Source: the human T2T-CHM13v2.0 reference genome, Homo sapiens. Taken from it: a stretch of 64,000 nt of DNA. The stretch lies in the NCBI RefSeq assembly GCF_009914755.1, contig NC_060926.1; one strand, 5' to 3'. The notes beneath the pieces were generated by a model. That model was not told where the DNA came from and made no database searches. It saw only the letters and a list, made by a program, of their open reading frames with translations. This document shows, one piece after another, positions 46,786-62,820 of the stretch. The first letter of the stretch is position 1, and each line of letters opens with the position of its first letter. Made by a program: the position numbers and the translations under genes.

Positions 46786-48239
46786 ACTTAGTTAACATTG
46801 CATTCTTTTTGTCAAAAAATTCCTGTGATCACCATTTCCCATAGGAAGCTGCATAGCAAGGGGGTCTTCCACCTGACACTGCTGCTGTTGGCATAACCTC
46901 TGGGGATGAGGTGCTGTAGTGGGGTCTTCCTGTTCCAAGACGATGATGGGATCTGGGTGGATGCCTTCCTCTCCTTGCTGGGGTGGGAAACTGGGAGGTG
47001 TTGCAAATCAGTGGGTGTGGCAGCTTCTGATGAAGAAGTCAGTGGTGTCTGGTTTTCAAGGCCAACAAGGGGAATCATTAGTACCTACCTCTGTCCCCTC
47101 CCCCACTGTGCTATGTCATGTTAGTAGGAGCTTCACTTGCCTCATGGGACAATAAATGTTTTTTAAAGCCCAGTCTCAAACGTTGCAGAGGGATGAGGTA
47201 AGGCTAAAGATTAATGAGTGGGTATGACCTGTCCGAAGGGGAGACAGAGACTCTAGAGATAGGGGACCTACGGGAGGAAGAGTGCCACAGAGGCAGAGAC
47301 CTGCACACACCCCCTGCAGTGCCCCAGGGACCTTAAGGCCCATGGGGAGGTTCCCTGTGAGCCAGGGCAGCTGGGGCTGGGGAGCAACTGCACGGTTGGC
47401 TGTTTGCCTGTGCCTAGGATCAGGTTCCTCAGACTCTGGTTCCATGGAGATGGAGGCCTGCTCCAGGGATGGGGCTACACTAGGCTTCCCATCAGTTGGC
47501 AGGCAGGTGCTCACAGTTGGATGGTACAAAATTTTTTAAAAAGGAGAAATATGACATTTCTCATACCTGAATGTTGTGAAGCAAATTTATACCTGTTAGA
47601 CTTGACTCTGGATAAACGCATCTCTGCAGTCTCCTGGCAAGTGAGAGGCATTGAAGGATGCATCGAGAGTAGGGGCCTCTGGAGGGTTAGAAAACAAAGC
47701 CCTATGAGGGAGCCAAAGAGATTATCTCATTGGCCAAAAACTGACAAACAGGGAGTCGCATACAACAAAGGCTAAATGGAAAGGGCTCCCTTTACTACAA
47801 GAAAGTCTTCCAGTACCTTGTGGGGTCTGTGGGACCCAGAGAAAGTGGGGCAAGCAGTTGGGCTGTGGGCCAAGGCCTTATCGAGCACTTGTGGTCAAAC
47901 ACAGAGCATGCATTGTGCTCCCTTCAGAGCCGGAGCCCAAAGGAGGACTGGGCTGGAGACAAAACACTACAGAAAGGACCCACATCTCCTGTCGCTGTGA
48001 AAATGGAGAATTTGGCCATACAGGAGGAGAGGAAGGGATCCTGACTTGTCTACTAACAATGCAATTCATATCACTGTGTATCTTTTTATGCTCGTCAAAC
48101 GGAATGGAACTCTGTGCCAAGAGCTTCAGAGAAGAACATGATCTGGTTGAGTGTGATGAATATTCCCAAATATTAAGGCACTGTTTGATGCTCGTGCCCC
48201 GTCACTCCTCTCTCGGAATCCGCCATGTTTGTACCCCCA

Positions 48240-48640
48240 GGGAGGCCAGCTGACCCGGGACATGCCAATCAGCCTCGCTTTCCTGGGAATATGCGGTTAG
48301 GAGTGAGAGAGCGTGCGTTCCTCTCAACATGGGAGTGTAACATGTTGAGTAAACTTGGAGCTAAGGAGAAGGCAGCAAGTATTTCCCACCCAGGGGGCCA
48401 GGAAGAGAGAAACTAGGCTGCAATGAGAATGAAGATGAAGTCGAATCACAGAGAAAAGCCAAGACCAGGAAGAGTCCAAGTGGCCTTCCAGTTCCTAATT
48501 CTAGTCCTTCCTGAGACCTCTTAGCCTTCCTGCCCTGGGGTTCGGTGAGATACAACCCAGGATACTTACAATTTACCTTTTTTTGTTCAAACTAGTTCTC
48601 ATTGGTTCTGTAACTTGCAACCAATAAGTCTTAAGTAGCC
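48240..48640 (+). mobile_element. Old MLT1 (K/L-type) LTR
   Basis: 3' end CCTTTTTTGTTCAAACTAGTT...TTCTGTAACTTGCAACCAA. Confidence 0.55.
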
Positions 48641-48689
48641 CATCAAGAATAACACATCAGACAAACAAAGCAAGTGATTCACCATTTTG

Positions 48690-48804
48690 TGTTTATTTAT
48701 ATAGTACAATACACAGAACACTAACCATTTTTAAGTGTACGGTTCTGTGGCATTAAGTACATTCACATTAGCGTGAGTCATCACTAGCACATATCTCCAG
48801 AACT

Positions 48805-48805
<1 letters not shown>
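48690..48805 (-). mobile_element. L1MB 3' end
   Basis: ACCATTTTTAAGTGTACGGTTCTGTGGCATTAAGTACATTCACA. Confidence 0.85.
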
Positions 48806-49032
<227 letters not shown>

Positions 49033-49484
49033 TTTCAGAACTTCTTTACCCATTTTTAAAATCGGGGTCCTTCATGATGCCAGGGTTGGCTCATTGCAGT
49101 TTATGAGCATGAGCTATGGCAGAGACATATGCCAGCACTGTGAGATGCCTTTGGGATTTGTTGGTTTTAGTTACTGATCTTATTGTTGGGTGATTTGTTT
49201 CTTTCTGATAGTATTAGGGTCTAGGAAAAATTCATGGTTACTTCAAGGTTCCAGGCAAACCAGTGTTCATTATAAAAAATATAGCTGCTGTTCGATAAAC
49301 TTTGTTGACAACCACTTTGACTTAACATTCTGTTGCTATACACCACAAAGAGCTTTACCCCTGGATCCACCCATGTAAGGTTTCCATTATTACATTTGAG
49401 AAGAGGAGGAGCTACTTTTCCAAGGCAAGTAGGAGCCTCCCCAAGGGTCGCATGGCCTCTGCATGCTAGGCAGCATGTCAGTGA

Positions 49485-49858
49485 AGAATATAATCAGTCA
49501 AGGGCATGCCACAGTCATTAACATGCCCCCGCCAGCCTCACTGACTTACAATAAAGGTTCATTTTACGCTCATGCCGTCTGTTCATCAAAGGTCAGCTTA
49601 GTTCTTCCCCATCTCATCTTCACTCCAGGATTCAAGATGATGGAGTAGCTTTCATCTGAATGTTGCCAACCAGATGGCAGGAGAAGAAGCACATCGTGTG
49701 TCATGTACCAGCTTTTAAAGACACAAATCACTTCCATTCACAATTCATTGACCAAAGCAAGTACATGGCCGCTCTTGACTGCAACAAAATGTATTGCAGG
49801 GGAGGGTGCCATAAGGAGATACTGCAGTATGTGGCAGATAGTAATAAAACCTTTCCAT
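49485..49858 (-). mobile_element. MLT1J-type LTR
   Basis: CATCTTCACTCCAGGATTCAAGATGATGGAG...CACTTCCATTCACAATTCATTGACCAAAGCAAGTACATGGCC. Confidence 0.7.
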
Positions 49859-49909
49859 AGCTAGCCTTCCACATTCAAATCAGATCATGCTACTAAAAAG
49901 GACATCATC

Positions 49910-50090
49910 TTCATTTCTTTAACAAGAAGTTATTGGGCATCTACTCTGTACCAGGCACTGTTCCAGCCACAGAAGATTCAGCAATGAACTAGACAAATAG
50001 CTCCCTTCCCCCATGGAGCTTATATTATAGTGAGGGACATGGGTACTAAATAAGTAAACAAGTAAATACAAAGGATAATTATAAGTTGTA
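49910..50090 (-). mobile_element. L2 3' end
   Basis: TATTGGGCATCTACTCTGTACCAGGCACTGTTC...CATGGAGCTTATATTATAGTG. Confidence 0.8.
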
Positions 50091-50183
50091 ATTGATAAAG
50101 ATTAAACTCATACGTTACGAAAGGGAGTATGAAGTTGTGATTTAGAGTACAGGCTCTGAAGTCACACTGCCTGGGTTCTTAAC

Positions 50184-50689
<506 letters not shown>

Positions 50690-51142
50690 TTCCTAACCCA
50701 GTTCTGCCACTTTCCAGCTGTGTGATCTGGAACAAGTTATAGTTACTTAATCTCTCTGTGCCTCAGTCTCCTTATCTATGATATAGGACAGTAATACTAC
50801 TTACCTCCCAGGATTATGTTAAAGATTAAAGTTAATATACATAAGGTACATAAATTAGTGTCTGGTACTTAGTAAACATGCAATAAATGACAGTTGGTGT
50901 TTATTATCTAATAATAAACCTAATATTATCCAATAGAATGGTGAGCAATTATATGGAAAATAGAAAAAAAAAATTCAGTATTGCCATCTGATGAAAGAAT
51001 CTCACAGGGAATGAGAGAAAAAAAATCAAGTTTTGCTTCTTTTTCTACCTTTTTAATTAATAAATATTTATTGAGTACTTCTATTGATAGAAGTTGTATC
51101 CTAAGTCTTGAGCAGGCATCAAGAATAAAAGATACATAGGAT

Positions 51143-51605
51143 TATAGCAGACATGATTTACCATCTATTCAAAATCTATCTCACTTGTCTCTTCCTTAAT
51201 AGAATCTTAAGTTTGTTCAAAGCAGTAATATGGCCAAATAAATACTTGCTTACCCAGCCTCCCTTGCAGCTAGGGGTGGCCATGTGACGTGGTTCTAGCC
51301 AATGAGATATAAGCATAATCTGGTGAAGTTTCTGGGAAAGCATTTGCTTTCCCAATAAAATGGAACTGCAGCACTTTCTTCTTCCTTCCTTGAACGTGGA
51401 TACAGCCATCATTTTGAAACCATGGGGGAAAGGCAAAGAGAATCACAGTGGTGTCAGTCCCAACACCACTGAGCTTCTGAACCAATACAAGCAGCCACTT
51501 ACCTCCAGCCTTCTCATAAGGTGAGAAAATTATGTCGTTATTTGTTCAGGCCACTGTTAGTCAGGTATACAGTTGTTTGCTGCCAATCCCATTCCTGTTA
51601 TAAAG
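51143..51605 (+). mobile_element. MLT1J-type LTR
   Basis: CCCAGCCTCCCTTGCAGCTAGGGGTGGCCATGTGAC...GCCAATGAGATATAAGC. Confidence 0.8.
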
Positions 51606-51801
51606 ACATAACACCTTTCCTCAAGGAGTTTATAGGCAGTCCCTTAATTTTCTGCTCCTTAAAACTACACTGAAGTATAAAAAAATTGTGTATTTCCAAG
51701 GATTTCAAAATAGTATACAAAAGGGGTATATTCCCAGAGATTTTAAAAGTATAATATTGCTTGCCTTTGGAACATCATTTTGAAGCTCTATTTCCACCAT
51801 A

Positions 51802-52538
<737 letters not shown>

Positions 52539-53799
52539 TTATGTTCTATATATTTTGTTCACTTTATTCTTCCTTGTCACGGTTAAACACAAAAGTCACC
52601 CCTTATAAATAAAACAAACACCCAAATCGAGGTTCCATCCCTAACATTCAGCTTGCCTAATGATCTCCATCTTTGCCTCAACTGCATCAAGTTTTATGAG
52701 GTCTTCATTTTTTTTGTCACCAGGATGAATATTTTCATTTTTCCACTTTACTTTTTTTTAATAAAATAATCACTGCAAATTTAATAAAGTATTTAAATAA
52801 TTGTCCCCAAACTGCCATGCCAACGAAAGTGATGAAACCGTAGAACACAGCAGCTGGCTGGTAAGCAGCTCTGCTGTGGGATAGCTGGGAATGTTCGTTT
52901 TTGCCAGCTGACGCTTGACAGCCTGAATTTGACATGTAACACTCAGTTTAGAAGTGTCAGTGTAGAGTGTGAAAAGGGTGCTTAGATCGTTTTAAAGCAC
53001 AATCATTAAAGTTGAGGACTACCTATGCGATGCAGTAGTGGCCTATGAGAAGTCCACAAATAACTTTAAAGCCAGATTTGACAAGTGACTGAAAAGGAGA
53101 CAATGAAATGCAGAGAGAGGCTAGAGCAAAGACAAAGAATTTACATCCTTTTTTCCACCCTCCTGAGTTTTCAGCTATTCTGAGATAGACACAGGAGCTT
53201 GGCAGATGGAAATTACAATATCACTTTTATTATCTCTGAAGTTGTTAAAATAACAAGGCTAAGGTGTTCAGCCAACTGGGCTTATACAGGCTTAACTTAC
53301 GAATTAGGCAGTCCCCAGTCCCAGGCCCAGCTGGGCGAATGCTTTGTACTGTACAGCAGAGACGTCAACCAGAGCATAGCCCATCTCAAAAGAAGGGAGG
53401 AAGGGGTTGGGCCAGCATGCCCAGGTCATTCTCTCAGACTCACCTACCAGATGTCACTTCTGAGAAGAAGATTCAGGGAGGTGGGGAGAAAGGCCAGTAG
53501 TAGGGTTCTAGGTAAAAGTTTCCACAGGAAACATAAGAAGTGGGGAACAAGCGTCCCCATAACAGCCTCCAGCTGTTTGTTCTCCCAGTGCATTGGAGTC
53601 CTCTATCAAGTGTGCCACCAGCCAAGGATGTGGCAGCCCCCCTCAGGAAAGAAGAAATGGCAAACGACCTAGGAGGTGTTGCTCCCACCTTCTGACACTG
53701 AATGGCCTTGGAGTATCCTCCTGGGACTGCAGGCAGGCAGCATCCACTTTACCCCAAGAAGGCTCTTGGGGTCAGATGACCATAAAAATGAATGTGTTA

Positions 53800-54109
<310 letters not shown>

Positions 54110-54120
54110 ATTAAATGGGC

Positions 54121-54600
54121 TGTGTTCCAGTTGTCTATTGCTGTATAATAAACTACACCAAATTTAGTGTCAGAAAAAGAATCTATGATTATTGTCTCTC
54201 ACAGCTGTGGGGTTGACTGGGCTCGGCAGGCAGTTCTCACTTGGGGTCTCTCTGTCAGCGGCCAGGGCTGCAGTCAGTGTGATGCCTTCCTCACTCGCAC
54301 GCCTGGCACGTGAACCAGGAAGACTCACACAGCGGGGCTCCTTGGGCAGCTCTCTCTATCGCTATGTAACCATCCCACATGGTCTTCCTGCAGGGTGGCT
54401 TCAGCTTGGCTCAGGGCTCCAAAGGTCCATGTTGAAATGAAGAGAGAACCAGGCAGGAGCCACGTCGTCTTTCATGACTGGGTCTCAGAATCCACACAGC
54501 ATCACTGCTGCTGTCCTCTATTAGGAACAGAGACTCTTACTCCTAATGGGAGAGTGGCAAGGTTTTGGAAGAGCATGTGGGACTGGAAATATTGTTGTGG
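54121..54600 (-). mobile_element. MLT1F/G-type LTR
   Basis: TGTGTTCCAGTTGTCTATTGCTGTATAATAAACTACACCAAATTTAGTG...GCAGTTCTCACTTGGGGTCTCTC. Confidence 0.75.
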
Positions 54601-54614
54601 CTATTGTTTTCCTT

Positions 54615-54715
54615 TTTAAAATTGTGGTGAAATCTTCATGAAAGTTACCATTTTAACTATTTCTACATGCACACTGCAGTAGCAGTTAGTACATTTGCAT
54701 TGCTGTGCACCATCA

Positions 54716-54759
<44 letters not shown>

Positions 54760-54935
54760 GAATTTCACCTGCCCAAGTTGAACTCTGTACCCATGCAGCA
54801 GTAACTCCCTATTCCCCCCGGCTCCAGCCCCTGGCAACCCCACTCTACTTTTTGTCTCTAGGAGTTTCGCTATTCTAGGTACCTCATAAAAGTGAAATCA
54901 TACAGTGCTTGTCCTTTTGTGTCTGGCTTATTTCA
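54615..54935 (-). mobile_element. L1MB 3' end with (CT)n at 54719-54757
   Basis: CCCCTGGCAACCCACTCTACTTTTTGTCTCTA...TTCTAGGTACCTCATAAAAGTG. Confidence 0.88.
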
Positions 54936-55277
54936 CCGAAGGCCAATTTCATAAAATACAATTTGCCACATGTTCTAAGGTCAAGTTGTACCAAAGCTTA
55001 TTCTGTTTTTCATCTAAAATTACATCCAGCCGCACTATCTAATGCTGCCCATCATTGGTTCTGCAATGAATTAAATGACAACAAAAAGATGCTCCAATAA
55101 TAAAATTCTAACAAATAGAGAGGGCCCAAATTTGAATATAAACATCCTTGCTGCTATCAAATGCCCAAGGAAAATTAAAGTCCTAAAAATTAACTTTTTA
55201 AATTCAGTCCAATGAACCCAAAGTCCAAAATTTTTAAGTTAATGTTTAATGGGAACTAGAGTCCAAAATAAAATTAT

Positions 55278-55581
55278 CAGCCCGGCATGGTGGCTCACGC
55301 CTATAATCTCAGCACTTTGGGAGACCGAGGCGGGTGGATCACTTGAGCCCAGGAGTTCGAGACCAGCCTGGGTAACATGGCAAAACCCCATCCAAAAAAA
55401 AAATACAAAAAAAATTAGCCAGGCGTGGTGGTGTGTGACTGTAGTCCCAGCTACTCAGGAGGCTGAGGTGGAAGGATCACTTGAGCCCAGGAGGCTGAGG
55501 TTGCAGTGAGCCAAGATTGCATCACTGCACTCCAGCCTGGGTGAGAGTGAGACCTTGCCTGAAAATTATATACACACACAG

Positions 55582-55612
<31 letters not shown>
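55278..55612 (+). mobile_element. AluJ with (CA)n(TA)n tail
   Basis: Full dimer followed by a compound microsatellite. Confidence 0.93.
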
Positions 55613-55613
<1 letters not shown>

Positions 55614-56737
55614 CTTGCCCTATGAATTACACTTTATGTTTCTTTTCCTTTCCCCCTGCTTCCCCACTGAAAACTTTGTATTGGCCTTTTGGGTAGAAAC
55701 GGGAACTTTTTTACCAGGAAGAATAATCCTATCACACTTCCACTGGAACCAGCACATGGCCTCCTCTTTGCTGACTCTGTTTGTCCCCAGTGCAGTCTGT
55801 CCCACACTTCTTGTCTGCGATGCTAAAACCTCACCTGTCCAGCACCACATTGAAGTCCAGGTCATAGATACCAGTGCTTGAGTCATATTTGATACCTATA
55901 TCGGTGTGTTTCTGGATCCCAAAACCAAAGTTTCTAGTATCTGAGGGATTATTTTTTTCTTTTCTTAACTCATATTCCTGTACCTTTAGACCTTTCTCCA
56001 GGATTGTTTCTGCCTTGGCCCCTCAGAGTGTGCAGTGGACGGCAATCTCTTCATTTCTCCTGATGCTGAAGGATCTGATGCTGTACTTGGCTTTGGAAAA
56101 CACAGGGGTCTGGCCTGTGAGCTGCTCAGGTCAGTCTGTCTCTACCCTCCCCACACAGATATTGAGGCGAGTTTGTGGATGTGAAGTTCCCAAGTGGGGA
56201 TCTTCTTTTCACCTTGATCCTGCACCATCATGGAGAATAGGAAGAGCCAAATTTCTTAAATAAAATTAAAATTTAAAGAAATCACTCCTGAATGTTAAAT
56301 TCTGCTCAGAGTCCTTCAGAGAGGTCCTCGATACCTGGATAAAATTGGGGGTTCTTCAGTAACTTCAAGATCAGACATCTCTCCTAAGAATAAGTGTGGT
56401 TCTTTCAGGACCTCAGAAATTAATAGGACACAGGAGATAATTACAACACCACCTATTAACACTTTGGGCTTTAAAAAATGTTCCCAGGCAAAACCATCTT
56501 CTCAGTACCCTGTATTTATAGAATTTAGACTCAACTATTTTGTCAAAGCCTACAGGAGAAACAAGATGTTCTGAGGGAAGGAGGATAAACAAAGTGAAGG
56601 CCGTCTTGGATCAGCCTTGCCAGAGGACACTCAGTCTGTGGTGGGTGTCTGGAGCCTGCTCTCTGTGAATTTAAACTCAACTGGGAGAATTCTCTCACTG
56701 AAAGGTCAATTGTGGCACTTTAAAAAAAAATCCAGTA

Positions 56738-57525
56738 CTCAGAGTAGTTCCAGAGGAGCAGAATCTTAGGATGATTTCTTTGAATTCGTTCTGGCTTATC
56801 TAGAATTGATTTTCTGATCTGATTAGATTTACAGGCATTAATGAGCCTATTTCCAGAGGTAAAGAGGGCACTGATACTTTATGGCCTGCAATGACAAGAC
56901 AGTAATGTAAAATTATTACATTTAGAGACCTGTAATCAAGTTTTATAGAAAGCTAGGCTCTAGGTTACTAAGCATTTGAGGCTGTAGTTCCTTTTAATGA
57001 AAATAAGGAGGACATGCTTCTCATTGGGCTGGAGAACATAAGGAAAGAAAATGATGAGCTCGGGACTTCAAATTTCCAGCTCAAGGCTCACATTAAGAAT
57101 CTGGAAGCTCCAATGACTACTTAAAGAAACCCTAATCTCCTATAGCCACAGGGAAACTAAATCCAAAGTCTAATTTTGTGGGTGGCTGAATTACAAGGCA
57201 AATTGAATTTGCAGCCATGTAGTACCTCTTTTGTTAAAGTAAGGGTACTGATTGGGAAGGAGAGGGGCCCTGAGAACTGGAAGGGGATATACGGGGAGAT
57301 TCCAGTAAAGCTGGGAACTTGAACCCCAAGTTCTGCTGAATCTTCTTTGCTAATAGAAGCAACCCTTCCATCATCTGAGAGGACTGGTTCCCCTTTGTCT
57401 AAAGATCCTGTAATAATCCTCTGCAGAACCCATCCCCACCACCTCTCTCTTTCCTAGATTTATAACTAGACTCAAGTCCCCGAAAGCCCCAGAAGGTAAG
57501 GTACAAATTATGGATCATGAGGAAG
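56738..57525 (+). mobile_element. ERVL internal 5'/gag-region fragment
   Basis: GAAAGAAAATGATGAGCTCGGGACTTCAAATTTCCAGCTCAAG...TTAAAGTAAGGGTACTGATTGGGAAGGA resembles degenerate ERVL gag. Confidence 0.75.
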
Positions 57526-57594
57526 TGTATTAGTCAGGGTTCTCTAGAAGGACAGAACTAATGGGATATATCTAGATATAAAAAGGAGTTTGTT

Positions 57595-57905
<311 letters not shown>

Positions 57906-58228
57906 AAAAGGAGTTTGTTAAGGAGAATTGACTCACATGATCACAAAGTGAAGTCCCACAATAGGCCATCTGTAAGCTGAGGAGCAAGGAAGCCAGCAGT
58001 GGCTCAGTCTGAGTCCCAAAACCTCAAAAGTTGGGAAGGTGACGGTGCAGACTTCAGTCTGTGGCCTAAGACCTGAGAGCCCCTGGCAAACCACTGGTCT
58101 AAGTCCAAGAGTCCAAAAGCCAAAAATCGTGGAGTCTGATGTTCGAAGGCAGGAAGCACCCAGCATGAGAAAAGATGAAGGCCGGAAGACTAGGCAGGTT
58201 AGCTCCTTCCACCTTCTGCTGCCTGCTT

Positions 58229-58443
58229 CTTCTTTTCTTTCTTTTTTTTTTTTTTGATATATTTGTAATATATTTACAAATATAAAATTCTGACATCACC
58301 AGACATAGTACTGAATGTCATTTTCTTGAAAGCTTGCCAGTTTTTGTACATTTTTGCACAAATGTACACGATTGTACATTTAGGCATCATAAGTAGTATC
58401 AACACCATAAAAGCATATATGAAATTTAAGATTAATATGCTTT
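58229..58443 (-). pseudogene. Short polyadenylated retro-insert of unidentified origin (probable mRNA 3'-UTR end)
   Basis: Non-LTR AT-rich 188 bp plus T tract (58229-58255) bracketed by TSD CTGCCTGCTT (58219-58228, 58444-58453) inside MLT2B. Confidence 0.75.
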
Positions 58444-58638
58444 CTGCCTGCTTTTTCTAGCCGTGCTGAAAGCCTATTGGATGATACCACCCACACTGAG
58501 GGTGAGTCTTCTTCTCCCTGTCCACTGTCTCAAATGTTAATCTCCTCTGGCAACACTCAGAAACACTCAGGTACACCCAGAAACAATACTTTACATCCTT
58601 CAATCCAATCAAGTTGACACTTAATATTAACCATCATG

Positions 58639-59175
58639 AGTCCACCCTTTGTCAACTTGAACCCATAAACACCTCCTGAAATCATACTTATCCTCCAAAT
58701 AAAGACAATAATACGGTCATAATTATGTCTAACGTAATACAGCTATTCTTTTACAACTGGAAACACACTAATCCTTAAATGCTATTACATAAAGTTAACA
58801 ACACTTAAATGCAGGTGTGAAGTCAATAAATTTCATGTCACATGATAAAGGAAAAAGAAAGGAAATAAAATGAAGATATTTTCTTAGTACAAGTGTATAC
58901 ATGCACAAACACGTTCTTAACACAATAAGGAGGAAATACTCATGACAATTACAGTTCTCGTTTCTGCAACTGGTCACGTGGTCGTAGCTGGTATTGATAA
59001 CTACCTTCTTCTACTACCCACTCTGTATTCCCTTTGCCTTCAGCAAGCACCTCAGTGGGTTGTGGATTTTTACCTTGTGGACTGACCCAAACTTTCATTC
59101 CTGAAGGGTCTGGGCCATTTGTAGTCCTGTTTGGATTGGATTGTTGTAGTTTCCCATTGACCTTAATTACAGACA
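58639..59175 (-). mobile_element. HERV-L internal 3' end (pol C-terminal remnant)
   Basis: ORF 58949-59275 contains VIKVNGKLQQ...GMKVWVSPQGK...EVLAEGKGNTEWVVEEGSYQYQLRPRDQLQK; purine tract adjoining the LTR. Confidence 0.88.
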
Positions 59176-59614
59176 TTCCTGGGAGGAAGAGCTGCTGACT
59201 CAAGGGGTAAGGGCCTGGCAGTAGAAAGGGCATGTGTGCAGCTACCCCATCCGTTTTACTCTGCCCTAGTGACACCCAGGTTCCCGCCTCTCGGAAAGCC
59301 TGGTCTTGTGACCTAGGGGACTTTGCTGGAGGTAAGGTGACTTGCTAAGTCACCAGCTCCTGGACTGACATGCTACAGCTCAGTTCCCGGCAATTATTAA
59401 CAGTTGAGTCCCCAAGATGCAGGTGGTGATCAGCAGGCCCTAGGCAGCAGCCACTGGCCAGGGAAGCAGACTCAGAGCAGAAGAGGGAACAGGGACAGAG
59501 GGAGACACAATTCTGTCTGGCTCTAGAAGCCTCCACTAGATGGTGGTAGGAATGGATTTGCCCCATCCACTTTAGTTTGCAGGTGTTCATAAGCTCCCAG
59601 ATAAGTTCTGCACA

Positions 59615-59875
59615 TTAGCAGGAGTGGTTAAGAGTTTGTATCTGGAGTCAGATGGGCTAGATTTAAATCCTGGCTCTGACATCTACTAGCTTTGTGATTT
59701 TCACAAGCTAATGATTCTCTCCAAGATTCAGTTTTCTTCTCACATATAGAGTGATCTTAAAGGTGTCTATCCCATAAAATTGCTGGGGAAATTAAGCCAT
59801 ATAAAACATGGTGCCTTGCACATGGTAGGCACCAGTGTAAGGCCCCAGTGTAAGGTAGTCATTATTATTATTAGC
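59615..59875 (+). mobile_element. MIR
   Basis: GAGTGGTTAAGAG...CTGGAGTCAGATGGGCTAGATTTAAATCCTGGCTCTG. Confidence 0.85.
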
Positions 59876-60115
59876 TTTGATATGTGGGACATATTTTAAA
59901 AGTGGCTAAGGGTTTGCTGTCAACATGCAATAAGGAATGTGATAAGATAATTAAGTAACAACAAATAGGTTAAGATGAACCTTTATCCAAATCATCTTAT
60001 ATTATTACTAATAATAAGTGGATAAGAGTTGAAACAATTTAAAAGATGGTTTCATAGAGATTCCTCAGAGGAGCTAAGAACCAAAACATCAATAATGGAA
60101 TATAGAAACCTATTA

Positions 60116-60411
<296 letters not shown>

Positions 60412-60922
60412 CATACCTATCAGCTAAAAATCCCATTGACATTTACAACTGCTAAGTAAAGAAATATAAGGCCTGGTCACCATAACACTCTGCTTGGAAT
60501 TACATCCCATTACCAGAAAAGCCTGAATTACTAATGGTAACACATTAGATGACAGGAACAAAATATGAGGCTTTCTCTCTCTTCCTGCACTGAGTCCCCT
60601 ACCACTGGACAGACTCCATTGACCTGGGCCAGGCAGCCACACAAGTGTCTGGAAGGCCCACAGAACACAGAACACAGGGACGGAAGCCAGAACTTGACTA
60701 AGCCTCAACCCCAAACTAGACTGAACCCACTGATGTGTGAGATCACGAGCCCAACCCTAGCAAGCATCCTTTGTCTCCTACTTGGAGGGGGGATGTGATG
60801 TGAGACGTAATTTGGAAAACTGAGGTTTACTCCTTTTAAAGCCCTAAAGCTTAAAAACAAACTTATATCATTTTGGGAATGTCTTGCCTATTCTCTTGCC
60901 ATCTTAAGTATACCATAAGAAA

Positions 60923-61314
<392 letters not shown>

Positions 61315-61694
61315 TCAGACATTCTTTCCTTTGTTTTTGCATACCGTTTTACTGTTTCCTCCTTTGCTGATATGCACCAGTTAATATTTTCTGCTTCTTT
61401 TAAGCAAACTGGTCAATATCCCTGGCTTTTACCCCATCGTGTGGCCATATTTCAATAAAATCATGACATCCTATTTATGCCTTTTCATTGTAGATGTATT
61501 TTCAGGACCACAACAGACCCTGCATCCTGATGCAGAGGGAGGTTTGATTCCAATCCCACCCCCATAATCACAGCAGTGTGACAAGTGTTTCAGCTGTTCA
61601 GTATTTACCTTTTTGTTTGGCAAGGTTTGACACAAAAGGGTATTTGGGGTTCTTAAATGTCATTTCTGCCTGAGTTGAAATTACATTCTTTCCC

Positions 61695-62205
61695 TACATT
61701 CATTTTCTATTGCTGCTGTAAAAAACTAACACTAAACTTACAGGCTTAAAACAACACAAATTTATTATCTTACAGTTTTAGAGGTCAGAAGTCCAAAACA
61801 GGTCTCACTGAGCTAAAATCAAGGTGTGGGCAGGGCTGTGTTCCCTCTGGAGGCTCTAGAAAAGAATCCATCTGCTTATCTTTTGCAGCTCCTGGAGGTG
61901 CCCACACTTCTTGGCCTGTGGCCCCTTTCCAGCTTCAAAGCCAGCAGTGACCAGTGAAGTCTTCCTCCCGTCACATCGCTCCGACACTCACTCTTCCGCC
62001 TCCTTCTTCCTCATTTAAGGCCCTTGTGATTGCACTGACCTCACCTGGATGACCCGGGCTATGCTCCCCCTTTTAAGGTGAGCTGTCTAGCAACCTAGTT
62101 TCATCCACAGCCTTCATTCCCATTTGTCATATGAGCTAACATAGTCACAGGTTCTTGGGATTAGGACTCAAACATATTTGGGGGACTACCATGCAGCCTA
62201 CCATA
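61695..62205 (-). mobile_element. MLT1D MaLR solo LTR
   Basis: GGCTTAAAACAACACAAATTTATTATCTTACAG...GCTAAAATCAAGGTGTGGGCAGGGCTG; TSD TTCCC/GTCCC. Confidence 0.9.
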
Positions 62206-62241
62206 GTCCCCTTTTTATGATAAGCATCTTAAAGTGTATTA

Positions 62242-62412
<171 letters not shown>

Positions 62413-62664
62413 GGAAAATACAGTGAAGCAAAGTGGAAGGGAACAGTAATTCAACCTGCGTTAGAGCCTAGCTGCACTCATTCTTTTAGGGGTCTGTGAA
62501 ATCGTTTTGATTTCCATGAGGTGTATTTGCTGGCCATCTTTCAGAATGAACTTTAAAACAATGAGATACCCGTAAACCATTATACAGTAATTTGCTACTT
62601 TTATCGGAATGGTGCAAGTTAGGAAACCAGATCATTTATTTTGGACTTGTATCAAAACTTCGCA

Positions 62665-62820
62665 TAACAAATATTTACACGATGCTCATCAAGTGTCAGG
62701 AACTGTCCTAAGAGCTTTTGTGTATCATTCCAATCCTCTCAGAACCTTCAGAGTATAGGTTTGCTAAGCTCCTTTTATATATAAGGAAACCGAGGCTTGG
62801 ACAGCTGCTGCTGCTAATTA
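62665..62820 (-). mobile_element. MIR
   Basis: GTGTCAGGAACTGTCCTAAGAGCTTT...TAAGGAAACCGAGGCT. Confidence 0.7.

Noticed and set aside
58949-59275. 108-aa ORF with retroviral-like sequence
   Set aside because: Truncated HERV-L pol C-terminus fused to unrelated sequence; not an intact gene.
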